Below, in pieces: positions 62,806 through 64,000 of a DNA stretch of 64,000 nucleotides. The notes under the pieces were generated by a model. It saw nothing but the letters and a program-made list of their open reading frames with translations. It ran no database searches and was not told where the DNA came from. The DNA is from Utricularia gibba (taxonomy: Eukaryota > Plantae > Magnoliophyta). The position numbers and the translations under genes were made by a program. The stretch is taken from positions 124,001-188,000 of the forward strand of contig NEEC01000023.1 of assembly GCA_002189035.1 (NCBI GenBank). The letters run 5' to 3'. How positions within the stretch are numbered: position 1 is the stretch's first letter; the number at the start of each line of letters is the position of its first letter.

Positions 62806-63741
62806 ATGGAGATTTCCGGTCGATCGGCAGCCCACGTCCTTCTCATCTCCGCTGTCGTGTTGCTAGCATCTTCGGCGTCCGCAGACACTTGCGGATCCGA
62901 TCAATATGGCCCCATTTTTGAAAATTGCCAAGATCTAGCCACGCTTGGAGCAACTCTCCACTGGACTTACAGGGGGGCCCCTAATCCAACACTTTCAGTC
63001 GCATTCACGGCGGCGCCTCCGCAGCCCGGAGGATGGGTTGCTTGGGGTTTGAACCCTAAGGTGGCTAAGATGTTCGGAACCCAGGCCCTGCTTGCCTTCA
63101 CCCAGGGTACAGGATCCTTGGTGGTGAATACCTACAATCTCTCTTCGAATAGCCCAGATTTGACTTCCCCAACGGCTATCGATTATGCCGTATTGAACAG
63201 GTCGGCGGTAATTTCTGGTAGCCGAATCACGATTCTCGCTGCCATGTCTTTGCCGGCGCCGATTGCGACGATCAATCATGTGTGGCAGGTTGGGCCAGTC
63301 GTCAACGGCGTTCCGCGGCCACATGATTTTTTGCCGGAGAATAAAGAGTCTGTTGGTCAGCTGAATCTGGGGTCAACTCCGGTCACACCTTCTCCGTCAC
63401 CGTCTCCAACGACACCTCCGCTTTCTTCTCCTTCTCCTTCTCCGTCCCCGATTATTCCTCCCCCGTCATCTTCTCCTTCTCCTTCCCCGTCCCGATTACT
63501 CCTCCCCCGTCGTCTTCTCCTTCTCCCTCGCCTTCTCCTTCTCATTCTCATTCTCCTTCTCCATCTCCTATTCCTCCGCCATCGTCCCCGCTGACACCTC
63601 CGCCATCATCCCCGCCGACTCCTCCACCGTCACCCCACGTACGGCTCCTCCCCACCGCCGCCCAGCGGCGCTACTGTGATGTTGGCGACATCGTTGTGGG
63701 TGTGCGCCGTTGCATGGGGCGTGTTTCTATGTGGATTTTAG
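62806..63741 (+). CDS. AIR12: AIR12-like DOMON heme protein, predicted GPI-anchored, with two compensating indels in the Ser/Pro stalk
   Basis: Signal peptide, C..L..LGATLHW, GGWVAWGLNP, heme ligands M (KMFGTQAL) and H (PHDF). The GPI signal SGATVMLATSLWVCAVAWGVFLCGF* ends at 63741 in the start frame, but as written a TGA occurs at 63592-63594. Confidence 0.85.
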
Positions 63742-64000
63742 TTACTTACTTCTATTTACGTGTTCGTGTTGTTGTGTATCTTTTTACGTTTCTTTTATCT
63801 GTTTTTAACTGCAGTAATTTTTTGTACGCGTGAGTCACCTGTACTTGTTTTTTGACTTTGCAATTTTATAATGGAAAATAAAAATATTCTTTCACTAGCA
63901 TTCATTATTTCCGTTGCACCTAAAAAACAATAATAATATCGTTTTGCTTCTGGTTTTTAATTAGACCATACTTTATTCAAATACATGTAAACTTGACTTA

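Noticed and set aside
1-64000. tRNA, rRNA, CRISPR arrays and autonomous retro/DNA transposon ORFs
   Set aside because: No cloverleaf or A/B-box pairs, rRNA blocks, regular repeat-spacer arrays, or RT/integrase/transposase motifs were seen by eye; most remaining 60-130 aa track ORFs are intron read-through.

Overview
Plant (eudicot) nuclear DNA from a very compact genome: about 22 spliced protein-coding genes in 64 kb, mostly short introns, and several intergenic gaps of only a few hundred bp. This fits a miniature genome such as Lentibulariaceae, but that is inference only. Gene order: 3' part of a SCEP2-like synaptonemal-complex gene (+), VDAC (-), a hAT MITE, CIPK24/SOS2 (+), FATB (+), ALB3 (-), RIBA3 (-), an RRM protein (-), PSMD9/Nas2 (-), a DCAF4-like WD40 protein (-), CYP96A-like P450 (-), an AT-rich gap with a candidate secreted peptide (+), LRX (-), FLN1 (+), a 63-aa complex I subunit (+), BAP31-like (-), RIN4-like (+), a degenerate hairpin/small-ORF array, a 57-aa membrane protein (-), STUbL RING (+), an HMA-less HIPP-like prenylated protein (-), ERD2-related (-), a Gemin8-helix-like protein (-), ROF1/FKBP62 (+) and AIR12-like DOMON (+). 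I saw no rRNA, tRNA, CRISPR array or autonomous transposon. The least explained signals are: five diverged hairpin-forming units at 50.83-51.40 kb, an AT-AA minor-spliceosome intron, a possible plant Gemin8-like protein, and homopolymer frameshifts in LRX and AIR12 that may be assembly errors. Family assignments and Arabidopsis comparisons come from recalled sequence motifs, not from a database search. Exon boundaries were read by eye.
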